A stretch of 29,269 nucleotides of DNA from a virus (taxonomy: Duplodnaviria; Caudoviricetes), in IMG/VR virus record IMGVR_UViG_3300037762_000191, positions 1-29,269 of that record; one strand, given 5' to 3'. The position numbers and the translations under genes are program-made. Shown one piece after another: positions 1-6,879 of the stretch (position 1 is the first letter of the stretch; every line of letters begins with the position of its first letter). A model generated the notes under the pieces. That model was not told the origin of the DNA and did not search any database. It saw nothing but the letters and a program-made list of their open reading frames with translations.

Positions 1-35
1 CGCAAAGCCGTACCAATCCGGCAGCGGGTGACGGC

Positions 36-362
36 ATGAAGCCTGTCCAGAAAATAGCCGGATACCTCACGGTCAGTCGCGAACTAATGGCGCAGATCGA
101 GGAGGACCAGCAAGCGCACCAACAGTGGCTGGACGCCTCGGACGAACAACGAGAGCAGTGGAGACATGAGGCGGTCGAGCAACGTGCAGCCGAGCGGGCC
201 AGCGCCGAGCGCGTCCTCTTCACCCTGACAGCCCTGCTCAAGCGGCTCGGGTGGACTCACGAGTACGCCCTGCACATCTTGCAGCCGTATTGCGAGTGCT
301 ACGACGGCAGCGACGGTTGGGCATATTGCCAACATGCGCACGATCTCGGACTCGTGCCATGA
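36..362 (+). CDS. Hypothetical protein (108 aa) with C-terminal CxC-x9-CxH putative Zn-binding motif
   Basis: ATG start. The stop overlaps the recombinase ATG (ATGA at 359-362). C-terminus reads CECYDGSDGWAYCQH. Confidence 0.7.
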   Translation: MKPVQKIAGYLTVSRELMAQIEEDQQAHQQWLDASDEQREQWRHEAVEQRAAERASAERVLFTLTALLKRLGWTHEYALHILQPYCECYDGSDGWAYCQHAHDLGLVP

Positions 363-1291
363 CTTCCGCGGCCACTTTCGGCGAACTCGCCGGTAACGTC
401 CCACCCCTCGGGCATACTGCGGACCTTCCGTCGCTGGGGGGCGAAGCCGTGAAGTGGGCTCGGGCGATCGACGCCTGGTCCGACTCCATGCGCGCCGCCA
501 ACTACCGGCCCCGCACCATCGAACTCCGACGCTGGCAGTTGCGCCTGCTCGCTGAGGCCCACCTGCGTCGCTCACCCTGGTCGGTGAAGACCCAGGACCT
601 GGTCGGGTGGCTGCAAGCGCAGGACTGGTCCCCGCAGACGCTGAAGTCGTATCGGGGTGCGCTGTCGTCGTTCTACAACTGGGCCGAGACGGCTGGGCAT
701 GTGAAGCGGAGTCCGGCGCGGAAGCTGCCGCCGGTGTCGGTGCCCCGCGGTGAGCCGCGGCCGGCACCCGAGGCGGTATTCGAGGCGGCGCTCGAGAAGG
801 CCGACGACCGAACCCGACTAATACTTCTATTAGCCGGGTACGCCGGGTTGCGGCGGGCGGAGATCGCCGGGCTGCGGTGGGACTACATCAACGACGGGCT
901 GATGTGGATCGTCGGCAAGGGCGGACACGTCCGCTATATGCCCGTCCATTCAGTGCTGGGTACCGCCCTCGAGGCCGAACTGCAACGCCGCGGCCGTAAC
1001 GCTTTCGGCACTGGCTGGCGGTACACCAGCCGCCCGGACTCCCCGTGGCTATTCCCCGGCCGGACCGGTGGCTCCGTCACCCCCGATGCCATCGGCCGGG
1101 CCGCAGCCCGCGCCCTCGGCGGCTACTACACCGGGCACACCCTGCGGCACCGGTTCGCCGGCCGCGCCTACGCCCACACCCACGACCTGCGAGCCGTGCA
1201 ACAGCTACTCGGGCACGCGAGCCCAACCACCACCGCCATCTACGCCAAAGCCGACCGCGAAGCACTCCGCAACGCGGTCGACGCCATCTGA
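359..1291 (+). CDS. Tyrosine recombinase / integrase family (XerC/D-like), ~310 aa
   Basis: Catalytic motifs GLRRAEI (R), GKGG (K), HTLRH (HxxR), LLGHAS (H) and TAIYA (Y). N-terminal core-binding-like region ending SFYNWA. Start moved from 251 to the ATGA-coupled ATG at 359. Confidence 0.93.
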   Translation: MTSAATFGELAGNVPPLGHTADLPSLGGEAVKWARAIDAWSDSMRAANYRPRTIELRRWQLRLLAEAHLRRSPWSVKTQDLVGWLQAQDWSPQTLKSYRGALSSFYNWAETAGHVKRSPARKLPPVSVPRGEPRPAPEAVFEAALEKADDRTRLILLLAGYAGLRRAEIAGLRWDYINDGLMWIVGKGGHVRYMPVHSVLGTALEAELQRRGRNAFGTGWRYTSRPDSPWLFPGRTGGSVTPDAIGRAAARALGGYYTGHTLRHRFAGRAYAHTHDLRAVQQLLGHASPTTTAIYAKADREALRNAVDAI

Positions 1292-1300
1292 GGAGATGCC

Positions 1301-1513
1301 ATGCTCACGCGCCAGCCTGCGTACAACGCGGTGTACGAGGTGATCCGCGATCACCCCAGCACCGCCGAACTCAACGGTGTGATCTGGCGAGCGGTCGAGG
1401 CCGCGCTGGATGCGATGGCAGTCCCACCGAACAGCCCATCAGACCGGATAGAGATGACCGACACCGACGGCATCACCAACGCCATTCGCGCCATGCTTGA
1501 GGAGAAGCCATGA
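1301..1513 (+). CDS. Hypothetical protein (70 aa)
   Basis: GAGGAG RBS at 1290-1295 directly after the recombinase stop. ATGA-coupled to the next ORF. Confidence 0.65.
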   Translation: MLTRQPAYNAVYEVIRDHPSTAELNGVIWRAVEAALDAMAVPPNSPSDRIEMTDTDGITNAIRAMLEEKP

Positions 1514-1623
1514 CGCCGCGCGAGACCTTGGACGCCATCGCTTGGATCATCGTCCGCGCGGTGCAGTTGGGCACCCTGTTCGCCGCCCTCACCTACGGCA
1601 TGACGGGGTGGATGAAGTGGTGA
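1510..1623 (+). CDS. Small membrane protein (37 aa, MTPRETLDAIAWIIVRAVQLGTLFAALTYGMTGWMKW); not in ORF track
   Basis: ATGA overlap with the previous stop, GAGGAG RBS upstream, one hydrophobic helix. Confidence 0.6.
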   Translation: MTPRETLDAIAWIIVRAVQLGTLFAALTYGMTGWMKW

Positions 1624-1669
1624 CCAGCCCTGGTCGCCAACGCGCGCCACAACCCGAAGGAGCAACGCC

Positions 1670-1867
1670 ATGACCACCAGCGACTACCAACCACAGCGGT
1701 TCGTCACCCCGCCCGCAGCGCCGACGCCCCCGCTGGTCATGTTCGCGGCCGAGCGCCGGCTGCGGCACGCGGCCACTCTGTTCATCGTCATCGGCTACCT
1801 GTGGCTGATCGGGTCGGTGCTCGGGTTCCTGCTGATCCTGGCCAGCTTCAGTAGCGTGACGCCATGA
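1670..1867 (+). CDS. Small membrane protein (65 aa)
   Basis: AAGGAG RBS at ~1657-1662. Hydrophobic C-terminal segment LFIVIGYLWLIGSVLGFLLILA. Confidence 0.72.
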   Translation: MTTSDYQPQRFVTPPAAPTPPLVMFAAERRLRHAATLFIVIGYLWLIGSVLGFLLILASFSSVTP

Positions 1868-2097
1868 GGCTAATCGCAGCCGAGGATCGGCATGTGACCG
1901 TGACCATCTATGGCAAGCAATACACGGGGCAGCTGTCCGGCTATGGCGGCGCTGGCCACGTGTGGGTGGCTCTGGACGAGCCCGCCGTCATTGATGGCCC
2001 GGGATGGCAACAGACCGTCCCCTCTGGGAAGTCGGTGCGCCGTGTGACTGTGCCTAAGGCATGGGTCACTGTAGACAGGGCTCGTGATGATGACTGA
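1864..2097 (+). CDS. Hypothetical protein (77 aa), possible SH3-like beta barrel
   Basis: ATGA coupling to the upstream gene and a beta-strand-rich pattern. Confidence 0.65.
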   Translation: MRLIAAEDRHVTVTIYGKQYTGQLSGYGGAGHVWVALDEPAVIDGPGWQQTVPSGKSVRRVTVPKAWVTVDRARDDD

Positions 2098-2236
2098 CGA
2101 CTTCGAACGCCTTGAACAGGCTTGGGGCGATTTCAAGCAAGCGGTCTGGAACGAGCGCCGCTTTCTCCTGACGGGCTGGGTGCTGACCCTACTGATCGTC
2201 GAGGGCGTCGTCATTGCCGCGACGCTGCTGTTCTGA
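2090..2236 (+). CDS. Small membrane protein (48 aa, MTDDFERLEQAWGDFKQAVWNERRFLLTGWVLTLLIVEGVVIAATLLF); not in ORF track
   Basis: Overlaps the previous stop by 8 nt, is TGATG-coupled to the next gene, and has a C-terminal TM helix. Confidence 0.6.
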   Translation: MTDDFERLEQAWGDFKQAVWNERRFLLTGWVLTLLIVEGVVIAATLLF

Positions 2237-2559
2237 TGGCTGCCGAGTACGAGCTGGCGGGTCTCGCTCACCGCTACCGCATCGAGCGCGACAACACTCG
2301 GGCCAGACTGCTCGACGCGCTCGCCGCGATAGCGCGGGTCCGTGAGTTGCACTCCGCTGTCGATAGTGGCTACGACCTTCAATGCGCGGGTTGCAAGACG
2401 CATGTGACATTCACGCGCTGGCCCTGCGCCACTATCGATGCTCTGGAAAGCGATGCGACGGCGGAACAGGCCGTCGACTGGACCGAGATCGTGCGCCAGA
2501 TCACGGAGCCCGCCAAACGGGCAGGGACAGCACGAAAGCCGCCCCCCATCCGAAGATGA
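2236..2559 (+). CDS. Hypothetical protein (107 aa) with H...CxxC...WPC putative metal-binding motif
   Basis: TGATG-coupled ATG at 2236, in frame with ORF 2122..2559. Contains RVRELH...CAGC...WPCAT. Confidence 0.7.
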   Translation: MAAEYELAGLAHRYRIERDNTRARLLDALAAIARVRELHSAVDSGYDLQCAGCKTHVTFTRWPCATIDALESDATAEQAVDWTEIVRQITEPAKRAGTARKPPPIRR

Positions 2560-2567
2560 GGGGCGGC
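2532..2567 (-). terminator. Intrinsic terminator ending the late operon at the convergence point
   Basis: Minus strand reads GCCGCCCCTCATC-TTCG-GATGGGGGGCGGC-TTTCGT: a GC stem with a C(UUCG)G tetraloop and short U tract, ~30 nt downstream of the holin stop. Confidence 0.8.
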
Positions 2568-2597
2568 GTGGGTAGCCGAGGGTCGAGGACCGGCCGC

Positions 2598-2852
2598 TCA
2601 GTCAGCAGGCGCAGGCGGGCTCAGGACCTCCGCAGACGTCAGCGACGGGCCGGGGGTCGAGGTGATCGCGCTGGACGCGACCGATGTGAGCACTGACACC
2701 ACCGTCGCCAGGCCGGCGACCTGGGTGGACTGCCACCAGTCGATGTCGAGGAAACCGGCCAGTGGGTCGACGACGAGCAGCACGGCGAGGGTCTGGGCGA
2801 ACGTCTTGATGGCACGTTCAGTGGTGGCCTTCCAGAACGCTGCGGTCCACAT
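2598..2852 (-). CDS. Holin (r1t-like actinophage holin)
   Basis: MWTAAFWKATTERAIKTFAQT...LATVVSVLTSVAS signature, two TM segments, last gene of the lysis cassette. Confidence 0.88.
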   Translation of the reverse strand: MWTAAFWKATTERAIKTFAQTLAVLLVVDPLAGFLDIDWWQSTQVAGLATVVSVLTSVASSAITSTPGPSLTSAEVLSPPAPAD

Positions 2853-2861
2853 AGGTTCTCC

Positions 2862-3479
2862 TTACCGGGTTGCGAAATAGCCGACGATGATGCCGAGCAG
2901 AACGGCCACGATGCTGACCGCTGCAATGGTCCGCGAAGCTGCGAGGTCAAGCCCTGCGGTCCGCCCCGTCTGAACCGCTTGAGTGTTCGCCGAGCCGGTG
3001 ATGAGTTCCTTCACGTTGTCGATCTTGCTTTCGAGGCTGGCCACGGTGGTCGCGTTCTGGGTTGTGATCGCTGCGATCTGCTCCTTGGTGGACAGCTCGG
3101 ACTTGGCCACCGCCTCCTTCTGCGCGGCTAGAGCGGCGGCGATTGCATCCTTGCTCGCCTGAGTGGACTCCTGTATGCGTGAATCCCGCTCGGCCAGTTG
3201 TAGCTGGATTCCTGAGAAGCGGTCGGAGACTCCGGCGAATCGTTCAGCAGCGAGTTCCGTGAGGTGCTGTATCGCCTTCTCAACCTCAGCGGCACGTTCC
3301 CGATGCTTCGTCTCATGAGCGCGCTCATACGCATCGAAGCGGTCCTCCAGTCCGGCTGTCGCGGCGAGCATGTAGTCGCGTAGGTGTCCGATCTCCCGGA
3401 GTAACGCCTCGGTGGTCAGCAGGGTCGGGTCGGGGACGGGGAGGCCCGACTTCTGTGGCTGTGCCGGTTCGGCAACCAT
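2862..3479 (-). CDS. Lysis-cassette coiled-coil protein with C-terminal membrane anchor
   Basis: Long helical/heptad region followed by IAAVSIVAVLLGIIVGYF. Sits between the lysins and the holin; RBS AAGGGGG. Confidence 0.75.
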   Translation of the reverse strand: MVAEPAQPQKSGLPVPDPTLLTTEALLREIGHLRDYMLAATAGLEDRFDAYERAHETKHRERAAEVEKAIQHLTELAAERFAGVSDRFSGIQLQLAERDSRIQESTQASKDAIAAALAAQKEAVAKSELSTKEQIAAITTQNATTVASLESKIDNVKELITGSANTQAVQTGRTAGLDLAASRTIAAVSIVAVLLGIIVGYFATR

Positions 3480-3497
3480 GCGTCCCCCTTGCCCGGT

Positions 3498-3908
3498 TCA
3501 GCTGTTCCACAGGTGCGCGTCGGGGTGCCCGGCGACGAGCTCGAAGTCGACGCCGATGTGGTCCAGATACGCCTGGGTTTGGTTCTTGTACGGCGACCAC
3601 AGCCTCAAGTTCTCCCCGCCCGGGCCGACGATGACCCGAGCCGCCTGGGCGGAGTAGACGGGGTCGCGTAGCTTCTCGGCGACACGCCACGTGTCGGCCT
3701 GGTTGCCGGAGGTCGGGTCCCGCAGCGACCGGATCTGCAACCAGCCCACCGACGGCCCCCACACGTCGGAGATGACACCCAGGTCGCCCACCGCGTCATG
3801 GAAGTGCTGTCGGAGGATGGGGTGCCAGCATTCGACCCAGGCGATGCCGAGCATGGTGTCGAGCAGCGCACCCTCGAAGCCTGCCTGCTCGAGCAGGCTC
3901 CGAGCCAT
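3498..3908 (-). CDS. Lysozyme-like / lytic transglycosylase (SLT-type) protein, 136 aa
   Basis: Likely start is the TGATG-coupled ATG at 3908 (MARSLLEQAGF). Motifs IAWVE (putative catalytic Glu), GPSVGWLQI, LRDPVYSAQAA and WSPY. Confidence 0.72.
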   Translation of the reverse strand: MARSLLEQAGFEGALLDTMLGIAWVECWHPILRQHFHDAVGDLGVISDVWGPSVGWLQIRSLRDPTSGNQADTWRVAEKLRDPVYSAQAARVIVGPGGENLRLWSPYKNQTQAYLDHIGVDFELVAGHPDAHLWNS

Positions 3909-4834
3909 CAAGGGGTTGGCGGCTCCGGCACGTGCGCGTCGACCAGTTCCCCGAGCTTGGCGTCCAGGGCTGCGATAGCGGCGTCGTTGTCGGCTTCGGC
4001 GCCGTTGAGGATGATCTCCAGGCCGCGGATCGCGTCGTTGGCGAGCACCTTGATGGGCACGCCACCGTCGCGGAACATCCGGTAGGTGCCTTCGCTGATC
4101 GGGTACACGCGGTCGGAGACGAGCCGGAACTGCGATGACCCGAAGGGGGTGATGAAGGGCATGTCGTCGTCCTCCTGTGGCAGTGGCGGCGGGGGTGGCG
4201 GTTTGAGGCCGGTGCGTAGGTAGCCGTCGACCAGTGCCTCGAGCGCGGACATCCGCGCCCACATACGGTCCCCAGGGCAGCTCTTCGACGACACGCAGCG
4301 GTGGCCGTGGATCTCCGCGGTACGGACCACGAACCCGGCGAGCTTGTCCGCGGCGATGGCCTTTGCCAGCGAGTCGAGTTGCTTGTCGGTGACGACGTCG
4401 CCGACGTTCTGGCAGATGACGTAGGCGCGGGCGTTGTAGTTGAGGTTCCAGTCCGGTGCTGTGAGCGGTGCGCCCCGGCCGGGGCAGCCTGATGTGGAGC
4501 AGGAGGCCCGCTTGAAATCGTTGACGGTGTGCGCGCCGCGGCGGCCGATGGGTTGGCCTTCGTAGGCGGTGCCGGACTGCATGAACAGCCGGTTGTAGGA
4601 GATGCCGGTGGAGGGGAAGCGGGAGATGCCGATGGATTCGACGGCGCGGGCGTGGGCGTCGTCGGAGGCGTAGTTGGCGGGGTTGGTGATGGTGATGTGG
4701 ACGAAGACGCGGGTGGCCGGTTCGGTCACGGCACGGGCGTCGGTGTAGGAGCGTTGGAAGCGGGCCTGCTCCCGGGTCCGCAGCCACCACCCGACGGCGG
4801 CCAGGCCGGCACGCTCCTGGGAGATGGAGGTCAT
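3908..4834 (-). CDS. Endolysin, N-acetylmuramoyl-L-alanine amidase (Amidase_2/PGRP-like)
   Basis: VFVHIT, GISYN, YEG, GAHT, IHGHR and SKSCPG motifs (Zn ligands H/H/C), followed by a poly-Pro linker and a C-terminal domain. Confidence 0.88.
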   Translation of the reverse strand: MTSISQERAGLAAVGWWLRTREQARFQRSYTDARAVTEPATRVFVHITITNPANYASDDAHARAVESIGISRFPSTGISYNRLFMQSGTAYEGQPIGRRGAHTVNDFKRASCSTSGCPGRGAPLTAPDWNLNYNARAYVICQNVGDVVTDKQLDSLAKAIAADKLAGFVVRTAEIHGHRCVSSKSCPGDRMWARMSALEALVDGYLRTGLKPPPPPPLPQEDDDMPFITPFGSSQFRLVSDRVYPISEGTYRMFRDGGVPIKVLANDAIRGLEIILNGAEADNDAAIAALDAKLGELVDAHVPEPPTP

Positions 4835-5052
4835 GTCGTCGACCAGATGCCGGGGGAGTCCTCGGACCAGCCGTCGAGATGTTGCAGGTGGCCGGTGACC
4901 TCGAGGGCGGCAGCCATCACCGCCACCGGCCGCTCCAGATCCAAGTCGTCATCGGCGCGGAGCACCGCCACCGGCGGGATCTCCTCGGCCACGTCCACCA
5001 CCACCCACTCGCGGGCGTCGTAGCGGACGATGTCACCTGACAGCACGGTCAT
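4831..5052 (-). CDS. Hypothetical protein (73 aa, MTVLSGDIVRYDAREW...)
   Basis: AGGAGAGG RBS upstream of the ATG at 5052. ATGA-coupled to the lysin. Confidence 0.7.
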   Translation of the reverse strand: MTVLSGDIVRYDAREWVVVDVAEEIPPVAVLRADDDLDLERPVAVMAAALEVTGHLQHLDGWSEDSPGIWSTT

Positions 5053-5066
5053 CGAGTCAGCCTCTC

Positions 5067-5735
5067 CTATCCGCTGAGGTAGTCGACATAGAGTCGGCTG
5101 CGGTAGTCGGTGGTGGCGGTCAGGGTGCTCGTGCCTGACCCGGTAGTGCGTTGGAACGTCAACACGAACGTCTTGTTCTCGGTGGCGTCGGCGGTGTACT
5201 CGCCCTCGATGTGCAGCGGCCACAGCTGCGGCGTCGTCTGCGGAGCGGTGTACCGGCGCGCCTGCAACTCGTTTCCGGAGACGGAATCCTCACGGATGCG
5301 TGCCGCGTGGGCGTCGGCGACGATGCTGACCTGGAACCCCACATCGGCGGTGACCTTGTAGACGCGGCCGTTCACCGTGGCCGCGACCACAGTGATCATC
5401 ACGGTTTCGGTGGAAGCGATGCCGAGGCTGTTCGTGCTGACCGATGCAGTGGCGATCCGCCTGGTGACACCGGTCAGGGCCTCTGTGTGCAGCGCACCGA
5501 GAATGAAGACATCGGTGCCGTTCTGGCGGCACCACACTGTGTCCCCGGCGCGCGGAAAATACGACGACAAGACCCGCACCGGGCCAACCGTGATACCACC
5601 GAGGAGCAGATCCACTGTCGGTGGCGGGCCGGCGTTGACCGCCGACACCACCGCCTGCCGGTCTCGGCCTTCTGGAGCGATCCCTGACCGGGCAGGTGTC
5701 ACCAGCGGTACATGCAACCCCGACTGGTCACTCAC
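5067..5735 (-). CDS. Minor tail / tail-tip protein (N-terminal OB-like module, C-terminal beta-sandwich)
   Basis: Position after the hub-like gene. VVSAV...YFPRAGDTVW...VFILG pattern and beta-rich C-terminus. Confidence 0.7.
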   Translation of the reverse strand: MSDQSGLHVPLVTPARSGIAPEGRDRQAVVSAVNAGPPPTVDLLLGGITVGPVRVLSSYFPRAGDTVWCRQNGTDVFILGALHTEALTGVTRRIATASVSTNSLGIASTETVMITVVAATVNGRVYKVTADVGFQVSIVADAHAARIREDSVSGNELQARRYTAPQTTPQLWPLHIEGEYTADATENKTFVLTFQRTTGSGTSTLTATTDYRSRLYVDYLSG

Positions 5736-6879
5736 CGCCGAGCACCACCCGACGGCGCCGCGTCTCGATCACCTGATTTGCCGACGCCCGCCACGTCATA
5801 GGCACAGCGTCGACCACATGGATCTGGTTGATACCCAACTGCTGGCGGACCACCAGGATCGGATCGTTCACATCCAGGCCGGGATGCGGAATCGACGGCA
5901 CCCTCAGCCCCTCGGAGATGCCGGACCGCTTCTGCAACTCCGCCGCCGCCGCTATCTGCGCCATCGCCGCCGAGGTGATCTTCTCCGACACCCACTGCAG
6001 CGGCCGCTTCCCGAACCTGCCACCCCACCGCGTCGGCGAGGTCGGCTCCATGTCGTAGGCCGCCGCCGTGAACGGGGCTTCGTTGTCGCTGTTCTCACCG
6101 GAGGCGAAGACCGCGTTCACGATGTCCTCGGTGTCCCACTCGATTTCTTGGTCGTAGGTGGCCAAGTTGTGCCAGTTGTCGTCGCGGCGGGGGATGAACT
6201 CCAGCGAGGCGTCGTCGTAGGACAACACCGGGGTCGAGTCGGCGTGGTCCGGCTCCGGCTCCACCTGGCATTCTCCGAGCCGGTCGAAATAGATCTGATA
6301 GCCGATGGCCACCGCCATCTGCTGCACTTCGGTCCACGGATCGGAGAAGGCGTCCAACACCAGAGTCGGGGTCAGGTGGCCGATGTCGACGATCCTGAGC
6401 CTGATGTCCGGATGGGCCGTGAGCAGGATTTCCCGGATGGCGTCCGTGTAGGGCCGTCCCGCCGCGATCGTCAACGCTGTCTGAAGCTTGTTACCCTTCA
6501 CCGTCCAGGCTCGATCACTGACTGTGCAGGTGATCACCGGGTAACGGATCGTGGCCTTGGTGATACGAAACACGCCCTGCGGGACCAGCTCCTCGGTGCC
6601 GTCCGGGTAGACCATCCCGTGCTCGACGATCAGTTCCTGTCCGTACGGCGCCAGCGGGTGGTCCGGCGATGTAGGGACGGCAGCACCGGAGCCGTCGTCG
6701 AAGAACGTCAACGTCCCTGAGCGGCGGATCTCCTGCCGGGCCTGCGTGATCGACCCACCCTCGAGCCATGCCGAGATGTCCACCGGCACCGCGTCCAGGT
6801 CCATCAGCGACGACACCTTCGTTGTCACTTCGTGACTATCGGTGACGTGCCGGGCGAACGCCTCGGACACCGGGTACAT
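5728..6879 (-). CDS. Minor tail protein, baseplate hub/Tal-like (resembles DUF5047 family)
   Basis: MYPVSEAF...SH start, PLAPYGQEL, VPQGVFRI, YFDRLG, PHPGLDVND. Located two genes after the tape measure. Confidence 0.78.
   Translation of the reverse strand: MYPVSEAFARHVTDSHEVTTKVSSLMDLDAVPVDISAWLEGGSITQARQEIRRSGTLTFFDDGSGAAVPTSPDHPLAPYGQELIVEHGMVYPDGTEELVPQGVFRITKATIRYPVITCTVSDRAWTVKGNKLQTALTIAAGRPYTDAIREILLTAHPDIRLRIVDIGHLTPTLVLDAFSDPWTEVQQMAVAIGYQIYFDRLGECQVEPEPDHADSTPVLSYDDASLEFIPRRDDNWHNLATYDQEIEWDTEDIVNAVFASGENSDNEAPFTAAAYDMEPTSPTRWGGRFGKRPLQWVSEKITSAAMAQIAAAAELQKRSGISEGLRVPSIPHPGLDVNDPILVVRQQLGINQIHVVDAVPMTWRASANQVIETRRRRVVLGGE

Noticed and set aside
3498-4790. 430-aa ORF overlapping the amidase
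   Set aside because: Its first ~295 aa are an Arg/His-rich off-frame shadow. Only the last 136 aa look like a real gene.
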